Assembly: GCA_045863335.1 (NCBI GenBank)
Contig: BTVY01000087.1
Coordinates: 1-12,121, forward strand
Length of the DNA: 12,121 nucleotides
From: Candidatus Hydrogenedentota bacterium
GTDB taxonomy: Bacteria > Hydrogenedentota > Hydrogenedentia > Hydrogenedentales > SLHB01
Reading direction: 5' to 3'
Part shown: positions 1 to 7,819 of the stretch, one piece after another
Numbering within the stretch: position 1 is the stretch's first letter
Layout of the letters: the number at the start of each line of letters is the position of its first letter
Position numbers and translations under genes: made by a program
The notes under the pieces: generated by a model
Databases searched by the model: none
What the model saw: the letters and a program-made list of their open reading frames with translations, nothing else
Told to the model about the DNA's origin: nothing

Positions 1-60
1 ACACGGACCAACACGGACCAACACGGACCAACACGGACCGACACGGACCAACACGGACAG
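1..60. repeat. Tandem 10-bp repeat (ACACGGACCA), 6 units, truncated by the window edge
   Basis: Units read directly: ACACGGACCA x3, ACACGGACCG, ACACGGACCA, ACACGGACAG. No spacers. Lies 36 bp beyond the stop codon of the minus-strand GH127 gene. Confidence 0.95.
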
Positions 61-96
61 CTGGACAAGTAGAGACAGGCGAAGCACGTGCTCATT

Positions 97-2034
97 CTAC
101 TTGCTTAGTGTGGGAAACTCGGTTATGCGGAGGTTGGTGCATCCGTAGGGGATGAGGGATAGCTCTTCCTGGGGCGAATCGGATTGAACCGAGCTTTGGG
201 GAACGGGTGCGGCGGCGTTGCGGTGGAGGGTCCAGCCGGGTAGTTGGCTTCCTTTGACCGATGCAACGATGGGCGCGCCTTCGGGGGAGAAGGGGTTTGC
301 GCCGAGGGGGCGTTCTTCCACGGTGATGGAACCGGCTGGGTTTTCGGGATCAAGAGCCAGGGCGTAGTTCCACGGAGAGAGCGGGTGGACTTCCCAATCG
401 GCGTGCGGCAGTTCGCCGCGAATCTGGCGCCACTCTTCTTCAATCTTGAGACTCAACACGAGGGGTCCGCGGTGGATGGCGACGCCGGCATTGAAGCGCC
501 GTTCGACGCGTGGATGCATGGGGAAGCGGAGTAAGACGAGGGTTTCTCCCTCCCACTCCCGATCGATGCGATGAAAGGCGCCGGACTTTGGCGAGGCGAC
601 GGTTTCGCCGCCCACTTCGAGTTGCGTGTCTTGCGCCCAGTCAGGGATGCGCAACACGAGCGGGAAGGTCACGGGGCGGTCAACCGTTACGGCGATCGCT
701 ATGGATTCGCGGAAGGGATATTCGGTATCGACGCGGACGGATACTTCCGCATCTCCCAGGCGGGTTTGAATGGAGCATGGCGCGTAGGCCACGGCGGCGA
801 GGCCGTTATCGGGGGTCTTCATCCAGAGGTGAGAAGCGAACTTGGGCCAGCCCTGGTGCATGTTTGAAGTGCAGCATCCGTAGTTGGGTTCGAGGCCGAA
901 GATGTTTGAGTCGGGGCCGTTGGTGGTGTAGACGTTTTCCGGTGCGATGCAGGCGATAACCTGGTTGGCCTGCTGGTCGTACTGATGGGCCCACATGTCG
1001 GGTTTGAAGGTTGCGGGCAGCGCGTTGAAGGCGATGCGTTCCATGCGGTCCGCGAGCGTTGGTTCGCCGAAAGTCGCGATGAGGTATTCGAGGGAGTAGA
1101 GGTATTCGACGACCGCGCAGAGTTCGGTGCCTTGCGAGGGATTCTTCCCGGCGAGATGCTCGTCGCCACTGAAGAGTCCGGTCGCCTGGCCGTGATAGCG
1201 GTCGAGGTTGGCGAGGCCTTCGAATACGGCTTGCTTCGCGGACTCTCCACCACCGAGGCGATAGGACAGGCCGGGCGCCTTGATGCCCATGGCGTTGTTG
1301 ACGACGTGGGTGTCCATGGAGGCCTTGGATCGATCGGTTCGCTCGCGGTAGGGGAAGTTGGTGAAGTGGGCGCGCCAATCGTATCCCTGCCGTGCCAATA
1401 GCGTCGCGACTTCGAAGAGGCGTTCGTCCCCGGTGCGGTCGTAGAGCCAGAGCATTGAAAGGGCGCCGTCCATCCAACGGTGGCGTCCCCACTCGAAGAG
1501 GGGGTCGTCTTCGAGGACATTTCGTAAGGCAGTGGCGTAGCGAAGGAGCGCCAGGATGACGCGGTCGTCGCCGGTGGCTTCGTAGTACTGCGTCATCGCC
1601 TTGACCGTAATGAAGGTGGGCCAGGCGTCGTGGGTATGTTCGGCGGGCTTGCCGCCGCGCTGACCGTGGAGGGGTCCGAGCCAACCGTCTTCGTGTTGGT
1701 GTTCGAGGATGTAGTTCATCCAGCGCTCGGCCTTGGCAATGAGCGCGGGATCGTCGAGGAGATAGGCGAGCGGCACGAGGCCATCGAGCCAATAGGGGCC
1801 GCGCTCCCAGCCTTCGGCGTCGCCGCCGATCCAACCGCTGTCGCGCACGTCCGGCCAGAATTCGTCGAGGTGACCGGTCAGGCCGCCGGCTTGAATGCGC
1901 AGTTGGTTCGCGAGCCATCCTTCGGGTTTGATCGCGCCGAGAGGCAGCGGTTCCAGTGCGAACGGTTCCGGTTGCGCTCCGAACGCTTCCCCGACCATTG
2001 TCAGACTCCACATGATTGCCGCGATGGTTCGCAT
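97..2034 (-). CDS. GH127/GH146-like glycoside hydrolase (beta-L-arabinofuranosidase-like cysteine glycosidase), probably secreted, 645 aa
   Basis: Motifs LPLGAIKPEGWL, WERGPYWLDG, SGDEHL...GTELCAVVE (acid/base Glu plus E-x-C) and NYGCCTSN (CC pair) match the HypBA1-type Zn-Cys3-Glu site. C-terminal TEYPF, LRIPDWA, RGPLV and LIPYG beta-domain motifs. Start moved from 2076 to ATG 2034 because it follows a GCAGGGGA RBS and begins a signal-peptide-like segment (MRTIAAIMWSLTMVGEAFGA). Confidence 0.88.
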   Translation of the reverse strand: MRTIAAIMWSLTMVGEAFGAQPEPFALEPLPLGAIKPEGWLANQLRIQAGGLTGHLDEFWPDVRDSGWIGGDAEGWERGPYWLDGLVPLAYLLDDPALIAKAERWMNYILEHQHEDGWLGPLHGQRGGKPAEHTHDAWPTFITVKAMTQYYEATGDDRVILALLRYATALRNVLEDDPLFEWGRHRWMDGALSMLWLYDRTGDERLFEVATLLARQGYDWRAHFTNFPYRERTDRSKASMDTHVVNNAMGIKAPGLSYRLGGGESAKQAVFEGLANLDRYHGQATGLFSGDEHLAGKNPSQGTELCAVVEYLYSLEYLIATFGEPTLADRMERIAFNALPATFKPDMWAHQYDQQANQVIACIAPENVYTTNGPDSNIFGLEPNYGCCTSNMHQGWPKFASHLWMKTPDNGLAAVAYAPCSIQTRLGDAEVSVRVDTEYPFRESIAIAVTVDRPVTFPLVLRIPDWAQDTQLEVGGETVASPKSGAFHRIDREWEGETLVLLRFPMHPRVERRFNAGVAIHRGPLVLSLKIEEEWRQIRGELPHADWEVHPLSPWNYALALDPENPAGSITVEERPLGANPFSPEGAPIVASVKGSQLPGWTLHRNAAAPVPQSSVQSDSPQEELSLIPYGCTNLRITEFPTLSK

Positions 2035-2090
2035 GGTGTCCCCTGCTTGTTGTGTCCCGGGTGTCGTTGGTGACACCGCCCCCGTTAGGG

Positions 2091-2203
2091 CGATTCTACC
2101 GCAGCGCGAATCGAAAGAGTTAACTCACTTTATCGCGTTTGAGACATTGTTGCGTTAGAATTAGCCGGTTCTATTGTTCGGGAAATTCCCGTCCATAACG
2201 CAA
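2091..2203. promoter_or_regulatory. Divergent promoter region with candidate operator palindromes
   Basis: AT-richer than the flanking genes. Minus-strand TAGAAT (-10-like) at 2093-2098. Plus-strand TTGCGT(2150-2155)-N16-TATTGT(2172-2177). Perfect palindromes GAGTTAACTC (2117-2126) and CGGGAA-A-TTCCCG (2179-2191). Confidence 0.45.
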
Positions 2204-2222
2204 GTAAACCAAGGAAAGACAA

Positions 2223-4379
2223 ATGCAGTATCGAGTTCTCGCGGCAGTGTTGGTTGGGTTTGGTCTTTCGATATGTCACGGTGAGGGGCTGCCCGATCTG
2301 CCAATCGACGTTGGAACGTTTCAGCAAGAGGAGCATCTGCGGTACACGACGGCGCAGGGACTTCCTGGCAGCGTTGTGGATAGGATTGCGATAGACGCTC
2401 AGGGCGATATCCTCGCGGAGACGGTTGAAGGTATCGCGCGGTTCAACGGGGATCGATGGGAGCGGGTGGAAGATGATGCGGTGCAGTTGCCCGCGCTTCC
2501 CGCGCTTACACTGGAACAGGAAGCGAAGCTGCGGGCCGTTGCGGGGAGTGACATTGCGATCCGCGAAGTGGCGATACGCGCTGGGGAAATTGCGGTAGCA
2601 GCGGATTCGGGATTGTATGTTGGTGAGGGAACCGATTGGCGTTTGGCGTTGCCGCGCGAAGGGGAGATTCGTTGGGCCCCGGTGGATGTGCGGGCGGTTG
2701 CGTATGACGCGGACGGAACGCTTTGGTTTGCCGCGCCACAGGGGGTGGGACGACGGGTGTCCGATGATGAATGGGATTTGTTCACCGGGCAAGACGGGCT
2801 TCCGTACAACGATTTTACGTGCATGGCGACAGGACCAGAGGGGGTGTGGTTCGGGACGATGAATGGGGCCATTCACTACCTCGACGGGTACTGGGCGTTC
2901 CGGCAAGGCGGGCGCTGGTTGTTGGACGACCATGTGCGGGATATCGCGGTGGACACCGAGGGGAACGCGTGGATCGCGACGGCGTCAGGGGTGTCGTGTA
3001 TCGCGCGGAAGCCGATGACGCTGGCGAAGAAGGCGGCGTTTTATGAGGAGGAGATCGAGAAGTATCACCGGCGGACGAGCCTCGGGTATGTGTGCCCGGC
3101 GGAACTTGCGGTGCCCGGAGACAAAAGCACGGGGACGCCGGTGTTCACGGATAACGACGGACATTTCAACGGCCTGTACCTCGGCGCGATGAGTCTGGGC
3201 TATAAAGCGACGGGCGATCCCGTGTTGAAAGAGCATGCCCACAGCGCCTTTCGCGCGATGGCTTTCCTCAGCGAGGTAACGCAGGGAGGCACGCATCCGG
3301 CGCCGGAAGGGTTCTTTGCGCGGGCGGTCGTGCCGACGACGGATCCCGATCCGAATCCGGAGTTTGACTTGGAGTATGACATTCGCAGGAACGAACGGGA
3401 TGCGTTGTGGAAGATCATTCAGCCGCGTTTTCCGATCGACGAGACGGGTGACTGGTACTGGAAGAACGATTCGAGTCCGGATGAGTTGGACGGTCATTTC
3501 TTCGGGTATGGCGCGTATTACGACCATGTGAGTGAGACCGAGGCGGAGAAGGAGGCTGTGCGGGAGGTCGTGCGGCGGCTTGTGGACCATATCATCGAGC
3601 ATGACTACAACCTCGTCGACTACGACGGCAAGCCGACGCGGTGGGGTCATTTTTCGCCCGACGATCTGAACCGGAATCCCGAGTGGGTCATGGAACGCGG
3701 GCTGAACTCTTACAGTATCCTGACGTATCTTTCGGTGGCGCATCATGTGACGGGCGATCAGAAGTATCGCGACGAGTATCTGCGATTGGCCTTCGACGAA
3801 GGGTATGGCATGAACGGCATGACGCAGCCCAAGGATATCGCGGGGCCGGGCACCTTTGGCCAGGGCGACGACTACATGGCGTTCATGAACTACTACCATC
3901 TGATCCGGTATGAGACCGATCCGAAGCTGCTGAGCATGTATTACTTCGCGATTCGCCGGCATTGGGAGATGGAGCAATACGAGCGCAATACGTTTGCGAA
4001 CTTCGTCTACGCGGCATGCTGTCAGGGGAAGATTCGGAGCGATCAGTGGGGCGATTCGGATCTTTCGCTTGATCCCGTATACTTTGAGGACGCCATCGAC
4101 ACCTTGAAACGCTATCCGCTCGACCTCGTCGATTGGCCCCACTCGAACGCACACCGGATCGACATGGTTCCGCTGCAGTCGCATTTATGGCAGAGTCCCG
4201 GAAGCGCGGGGCATCGGGTCGATGGATACGTGTTTCCCATTGATGAACGCAATGCGATCAATTGGGGGCGCGATCCCTGGTTTCTCTCGTACGGAGGCAA
4301 GGGAGCGGAGTTGCGGGACAGCATCCATTACCTTGTCGCGTATTACTTGGGGTTGGCGCACGGGTTTATTCAGGGATAG
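2223..4379 (+). CDS. Secreted hypothetical protein, 718 aa: N-terminal two-component-regulator-type (Reg_prop-like) beta-propeller repeats plus a C-terminal helical, putative (alpha/alpha)6 catalytic domain
   Basis: AAGGAA RBS before ATG 2223; signal-peptide-like MQYRVLAAVLVGFGLSICHG. Blade repeats GLPGSVVDRIAIDAQGDILAET, VRAVAYDADGTLWFAAPQGV, GLPYNDFTCMATGPEGVWFGT, LLDDHVRDIAVDTEGNAWIATASGV. Aromatic/acidic-rich C-terminal ~450 aa with YKATGDP and HHVTGDQKY helix-turn motifs typical of six-hairpin glycosidase folds. The ORF is solid; the function is uncertain. Confidence 0.8.
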   Translation: MQYRVLAAVLVGFGLSICHGEGLPDLPIDVGTFQQEEHLRYTTAQGLPGSVVDRIAIDAQGDILAETVEGIARFNGDRWERVEDDAVQLPALPALTLEQEAKLRAVAGSDIAIREVAIRAGEIAVAADSGLYVGEGTDWRLALPREGEIRWAPVDVRAVAYDADGTLWFAAPQGVGRRVSDDEWDLFTGQDGLPYNDFTCMATGPEGVWFGTMNGAIHYLDGYWAFRQGGRWLLDDHVRDIAVDTEGNAWIATASGVSCIARKPMTLAKKAAFYEEEIEKYHRRTSLGYVCPAELAVPGDKSTGTPVFTDNDGHFNGLYLGAMSLGYKATGDPVLKEHAHSAFRAMAFLSEVTQGGTHPAPEGFFARAVVPTTDPDPNPEFDLEYDIRRNERDALWKIIQPRFPIDETGDWYWKNDSSPDELDGHFFGYGAYYDHVSETEAEKEAVREVVRRLVDHIIEHDYNLVDYDGKPTRWGHFSPDDLNRNPEWVMERGLNSYSILTYLSVAHHVTGDQKYRDEYLRLAFDEGYGMNGMTQPKDIAGPGTFGQGDDYMAFMNYYHLIRYETDPKLLSMYYFAIRRHWEMEQYERNTFANFVYAACCQGKIRSDQWGDSDLSLDPVYFEDAIDTLKRYPLDLVDWPHSNAHRIDMVPLQSHLWQSPGSAGHRVDGYVFPIDERNAINWGRDPWFLSYGGKGAELRDSIHYLVAYYLGLAHGFIQG

Positions 4380-4399
4380 CGTTAACAGGGGAGGTATCC

Positions 4400-7009
4400 A
4401 TGTTCTTCGTTGGACGAAAGCGTGTTCGATTTGGCATGCGCTTCGTGTCCATGCTGGCCGCGACACTTGTCGCGGTGATGGCAGGAATCGCCAGTTCGCC
4501 TGAGGAAAGCGGAGATTGGCCCGAGACCATCGAGATACAGCACTGGCCGGGGACGTATTGGTGGGCTCCGGGGAGCGCGTGGCGGGAATCGGACATCGAT
4601 TTCAACTTGACGACCATGGCGGAGGCGGGCATCCGGAACGTGCACATCGTGCCGATTTATGGGGCGAATGGATATGAGGATCGGTACATTCAATATCTCT
4701 CGCCGGAATGGCTGGGGATGCTCGACTATATTGTCGAGAAGGCGCAGGCGCTGGATATGAACGTCGATATGACGACGGGGACGGGCTGGTGCTTTGGGGG
4801 ACCGGGGCTGGAAGGCAACGCGGCGGACACGATCATCGCGCCGAATGAGAATGGCGAGGGGTATACGCTGAAGCCGGGGCGGCAGGTGAAGCGCGCGGCG
4901 CCGGGCGGCGAAGGCATGATGATGAATCCGTATTCGCCGGCGGCGATGGAGCAGTATCTGGAGCGATTCACCGAGGCATTTGATGCCGCGAAACCGGCCA
5001 TGCCGCGGGCGCAGTATCACGATTCTTTCGAGTATCAGGGGAATTGGGCAGCCGAAGTCATTCCGGCGTTCAAAGAACGGCGCGGGTACGATTTGGAGGC
5101 ACGGCTGCCGGAACTGTTCGGTTCGAATACGGACGCGGATACGCTTTCGCGGTTGAAGTATGACTATCGGTTGACGCTTGCGGAACTGCATGGGGAAACG
5201 ATACAGGTCTGGATCGACTGGTGCCGCGCGCGGGGCATGTTGACGCGGGATCAGGCGCACGGGAGTCCGACGAACCTGATCGATATGTATGCGGCCTGCG
5301 ACATTCCGGAGACGGAGATGTTCGGCGCGCCCGAGTATCCGATACCGGGGTTCCGGTTGGACCCGGACATGTCGCGCGAGGGCGATACGGATCTGCGGGT
5401 TTGCATGCTGGCGGCGTCGGCGGCGCATGTGGCGCACGAGCCGGGCAAGCAACTGGTATCGTCGGAGACGTGCACGTGGTTGCGGGAGCATTGGCACACG
5501 AACCTGGGGCAGGTGAAGCTACAGCTGGACCGATTCTTCCTGGCGGGGATCAACCACATCTTCTATCACGGCACCTGCTTCTCGCCGGAGGACGCGCCTT
5601 GGCCGGGCTGGTTTTTCTACGCGTCGACCAAGTTTGATTGGCGCAACTCCATCTGGCGCGACTTCCCGCAGATCAACACCTACGTGGCGCGTTGCCAGTC
5701 GGTGTTGCAGGCCGGGACGCCCGCAAACGACATTTTGCTTTACTGGCCCATCCACGATCTGTGGAGTTCGCCGGAGGGGCTGGACATGCGCATGTCGGTG
5801 CATGGCGCGAAATGGATGTCGGAATCCACGATGGGCGATCTGGCGCAGCGGTTGATGGATCGAGGCTACACCTTCGATTTCATATCGGATGCGTTGATTC
5901 AGAGATTGCAGGTTCGCGATGGGAAATTGCAGGCGCCGGGCGGCGCGTATCGGGCGGTGGTCATTCCGCAGTGCACGTATATGCCGCCGGAGACGCTGAA
6001 GCAACTCGTCGACCTTGCGGAACAAGGCGGGACGGTTTTAATCGAAGGCTCGTTTCCTACCGATGTTCCTGGGTTCGCGCGGCTGGAGGAGCGGCGAGCT
6101 GAACTCGACAAAGAGCGGGACCGCGCGCAGCATTCGGTCTGGTCGGGGCAGGACGCGTTGATCGTGCTGGACGCTTCGGGCCTGCGCCGGGAGCCGATGG
6201 CGGACGAAGGGTTACAGTTTGTGCGGCGGCGCGTGGACGGCGGGTATTACTACTTCATCGTCAATCACACGGCGGAGGCGTTTGATGGATGGCTGCCGTT
6301 GGCGACGTCTTTTGAAACGGCCGTGGTGTTCGATCCCATGACGGGGGCAACAGGAGCGCTTCGTGTTGCGGAAGGCGAAGGCGGGAAATCGATCTATCTG
6401 CAACTCGAACCGGGCGTGTCTACCGTCGTTCGGACTTACGATGCGGCGACGGATACAGCGCCTTGGTCGTACCTGCAGACGGCGGGCGATGCGATTCCGG
6501 TTGAGGGACCGTGGACGCTCGAATTTATTGATGGCGGTCCGGCGCTGCCGCCGTCCGCGACGCTAGAATCACTGGCTTCGTGGACGGAGACGCCGGGTGG
6601 CGCGGCAACGGAGTTCGCCGGCGCAGGACGCTACACCGTACGGGTTGACGTCCCCTCCCCCACTTCCGCCGATGAGTGGATACTGGATTTGGGCGACGTG
6701 CGGGAGAGCGCGCGGGTACACGTGAACGGCAAGGACGCCGGAACGCTGGTGTCGTTGCCGTTCCGTGCGCGGGTTGGGAAGTATCTCCAGGCGGGCGAAA
6801 ACACGATCGAGATCGAGGTGACCAATTTGACGGCCAACCGGATTCGCGCGCTGTCGCAGGAGACGGACGCGTGGAAGGTCATGCGGGAGATCAACATCGT
6901 CACCGTGGATTACACGGAGTTTAAGCCGGAGGAATGGCCGCTGGTGGAGTCGGGATTACTGGGGCCGGTGCGGTTGGTGCCGATGGCGAAAGTGGCGGTT
7001 ATGGAGTGA
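4400..7009 (+). CDS. GH106-like alpha-L-rhamnosidase with C-terminal GH2-type sugar-binding beta-sandwich, probably secreted, 869 aa
   Basis: Motifs PGTYWWAPG, YLSPEW, DMTTGTGWCFGGP, HDSFEY, FKERRGYDL, DIPETE, AASAAH, SSETCTW, GINHIFYHG, and C-terminal LDLGDVRESARVHVNG, GENTIEIEVTN, SGLLGPVRL. Start reassigned from 4262 to ATG 4400, which follows a strong GGGGAGGT RBS (4388-4395) and lies 20 bp after the upstream stop. Basic then hydrophobic N-terminus suggests a signal peptide. Confidence 0.85.
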   Translation: MFFVGRKRVRFGMRFVSMLAATLVAVMAGIASSPEESGDWPETIEIQHWPGTYWWAPGSAWRESDIDFNLTTMAEAGIRNVHIVPIYGANGYEDRYIQYLSPEWLGMLDYIVEKAQALDMNVDMTTGTGWCFGGPGLEGNAADTIIAPNENGEGYTLKPGRQVKRAAPGGEGMMMNPYSPAAMEQYLERFTEAFDAAKPAMPRAQYHDSFEYQGNWAAEVIPAFKERRGYDLEARLPELFGSNTDADTLSRLKYDYRLTLAELHGETIQVWIDWCRARGMLTRDQAHGSPTNLIDMYAACDIPETEMFGAPEYPIPGFRLDPDMSREGDTDLRVCMLAASAAHVAHEPGKQLVSSETCTWLREHWHTNLGQVKLQLDRFFLAGINHIFYHGTCFSPEDAPWPGWFFYASTKFDWRNSIWRDFPQINTYVARCQSVLQAGTPANDILLYWPIHDLWSSPEGLDMRMSVHGAKWMSESTMGDLAQRLMDRGYTFDFISDALIQRLQVRDGKLQAPGGAYRAVVIPQCTYMPPETLKQLVDLAEQGGTVLIEGSFPTDVPGFARLEERRAELDKERDRAQHSVWSGQDALIVLDASGLRREPMADEGLQFVRRRVDGGYYYFIVNHTAEAFDGWLPLATSFETAVVFDPMTGATGALRVAEGEGGKSIYLQLEPGVSTVVRTYDAATDTAPWSYLQTAGDAIPVEGPWTLEFIDGGPALPPSATLESLASWTETPGGAATEFAGAGRYTVRVDVPSPTSADEWILDLGDVRESARVHVNGKDAGTLVSLPFRARVGKYLQAGENTIEIEVTNLTANRIRALSQETDAWKVMREINIVTVDYTEFKPEEWPLVESGLLGPVRLVPMAKVAVME

Positions 7010-7238
7010 TGCGGGTCGGAGGCGGAGGAAGATCATCCGACGCGGATGCTGCAGCAAAAGCGATGGCAGCGCGCACGTCATCCTCGGTTATCGTTGGGTA
7101 ATCTCTCACGATATCCGCGATTGTGTCTCCATCGGCGAGTGATGCGAGTATCGTTTTAATGGTAACCCGAGTCCCGGTAATCACCGGTTGGCCGCCACAT
7201 ATCATTCGATCAGTTGTGATGTGCTTCCCAAAGTTCAT
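6999..7238 (-). CDS. DUF433 family protein (VapB45-like antitoxin / small HTH), 79 aa
   Basis: ITTDRMICGGQPVITGTRVTIKTILASLADGDTIADIVRDYPTITEDDVRAAIAFAA is the characteristic DUF433 pattern. Its 3' end overlaps the convergent GH106 3' end by 11 bp. Confidence 0.92.
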   Translation of the reverse strand: MNFGKHITTDRMICGGQPVITGTRVTIKTILASLADGDTIADIVRDYPTITEDDVRAAIAFAAASASDDLPPPPTRITP

Positions 7239-7296
7239 TGGGTACTTTCCAGCGAGACCGCCGAAGTCATGCGCACTGCACAGGTGTCAATTCCTC

Positions 7297-7305
7297 ATTC
7301 TACCA
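7297..7305 (-). promoter_or_regulatory. Candidate extended -10 promoter (TG-G-TAGAAT) for the DUF433 gene
   Basis: Minus strand reads TGGTAGAAT immediately after the aroK stop and about 60 nt upstream of the DUF433 ATG; fits TGn-TAnnnT. Confidence 0.5.
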
Positions 7306-7309
7306 CTAA

Positions 7310-7819
7310 CTAATCGGAATGTTGGTACTGGATAACGTCCTCCGCGACTTCTTCCGGGGTGAGGGGGTCGGTGTCGATTTCGTGGTGGGCGGAGGCTTGG
7401 TAGATGGGGGTCCGGCGTTCGAGGACTTCGGACACCTCGTCGGTGAAGCTCTTCTGTCCGGTGAGCGAAGGGCGTTCGGTGTCGCCCTGGATGCGGGAGA
7501 CGATGGTGGGGACGGAGGCTTTGAGCCAGAAAATACGTCCGTTCTGGCGGAGGGCTTCGATGTTTTCGGGGCGTTCGATGACGCCGCCGCCGCAGTCGAT
7601 GATGAGGTTGTCGCGGGCGGCGTATTCGCGGGCGACCTCGGTTTCGATGTCGCGGAAGCCGGGCCAGCCGTGCTTCTCCACGATCTCCGGCACGGACATG
7701 CCGGCCTTCTCGATGATGCGCGCGTCCATGCCGACATATTCCATGCCCAAGCGTTGGGCGAGAAGCTTGCCGACTTCCGATTTGCCGGTGCCGCGATAGC
7801 CGATCAACACGATATTCAT
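7310..7819 (-). CDS. aroK: Shikimate kinase, 169 aa
   Basis: MNIVLIGYRGTGKSEVG (Walker A), GWPGFRDIE, DCGGG shikimate-binding motif, lid RPSL, ERRTPIY. True start ATG 7819 overlaps the aroE stop as ATGA (7816-7819). Confidence 0.95.
   Translation of the reverse strand: MNIVLIGYRGTGKSEVGKLLAQRLGMEYVGMDARIIEKAGMSVPEIVEKHGWPGFRDIETEVAREYAARDNLIIDCGGGVIERPENIEALRQNGRIFWLKASVPTIVSRIQGDTERPSLTGQKSFTDEVSEVLERRTPIYQASAHHEIDTDPLTPEEVAEDVIQYQHSD

Noticed and set aside
1-60. CRISPR array
   Set aside because: Units are 10 bp, head-to-tail, with no unique spacers, and there are no cas genes in the window.
806-2011. 401-aa alternative-frame ORF inside GH127, and the 233-aa ORF at 819-1520
   Set aside because: Arg/Pro- or Ser/Thr/Pro-rich shadow frames typical of high-GC coding DNA, fully overlapping a gene with clear family motifs.
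2035-2076. N-terminal extension of the GH127 ORF (start 2076)
   Set aside because: ATG 2034 has an RBS and starts a signal-peptide-like sequence; the extension has no RBS support.
2223-3010. Hybrid two-component sensor kinase
   Set aside because: Propeller repeats are present, but there is no Y_Y_Y domain, transmembrane helix, HisKA/HATPase or receiver domain downstream.
4262-4399. N-terminal extension of GH106 overlapping the upstream gene
   Set aside because: It would overlap the 718-aa gene by 118 bp; the strong RBS before ATG 4400 gives a cleaner start.
2985-5497. Long antisense ORFs 2985-4184 and 4382-5497
   Set aside because: Antisense shadows of real genes with no recognisable motifs; expected from GC-rich codon bias.
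7273-7282. GCACTGCACA shared with 12009-12018 as a possible att or target-site duplication around aroK-aroE-helicase
   Set aside because: Only 10 bp, compatible with chance; it would enclose housekeeping genes and no integrase or transposase is present.
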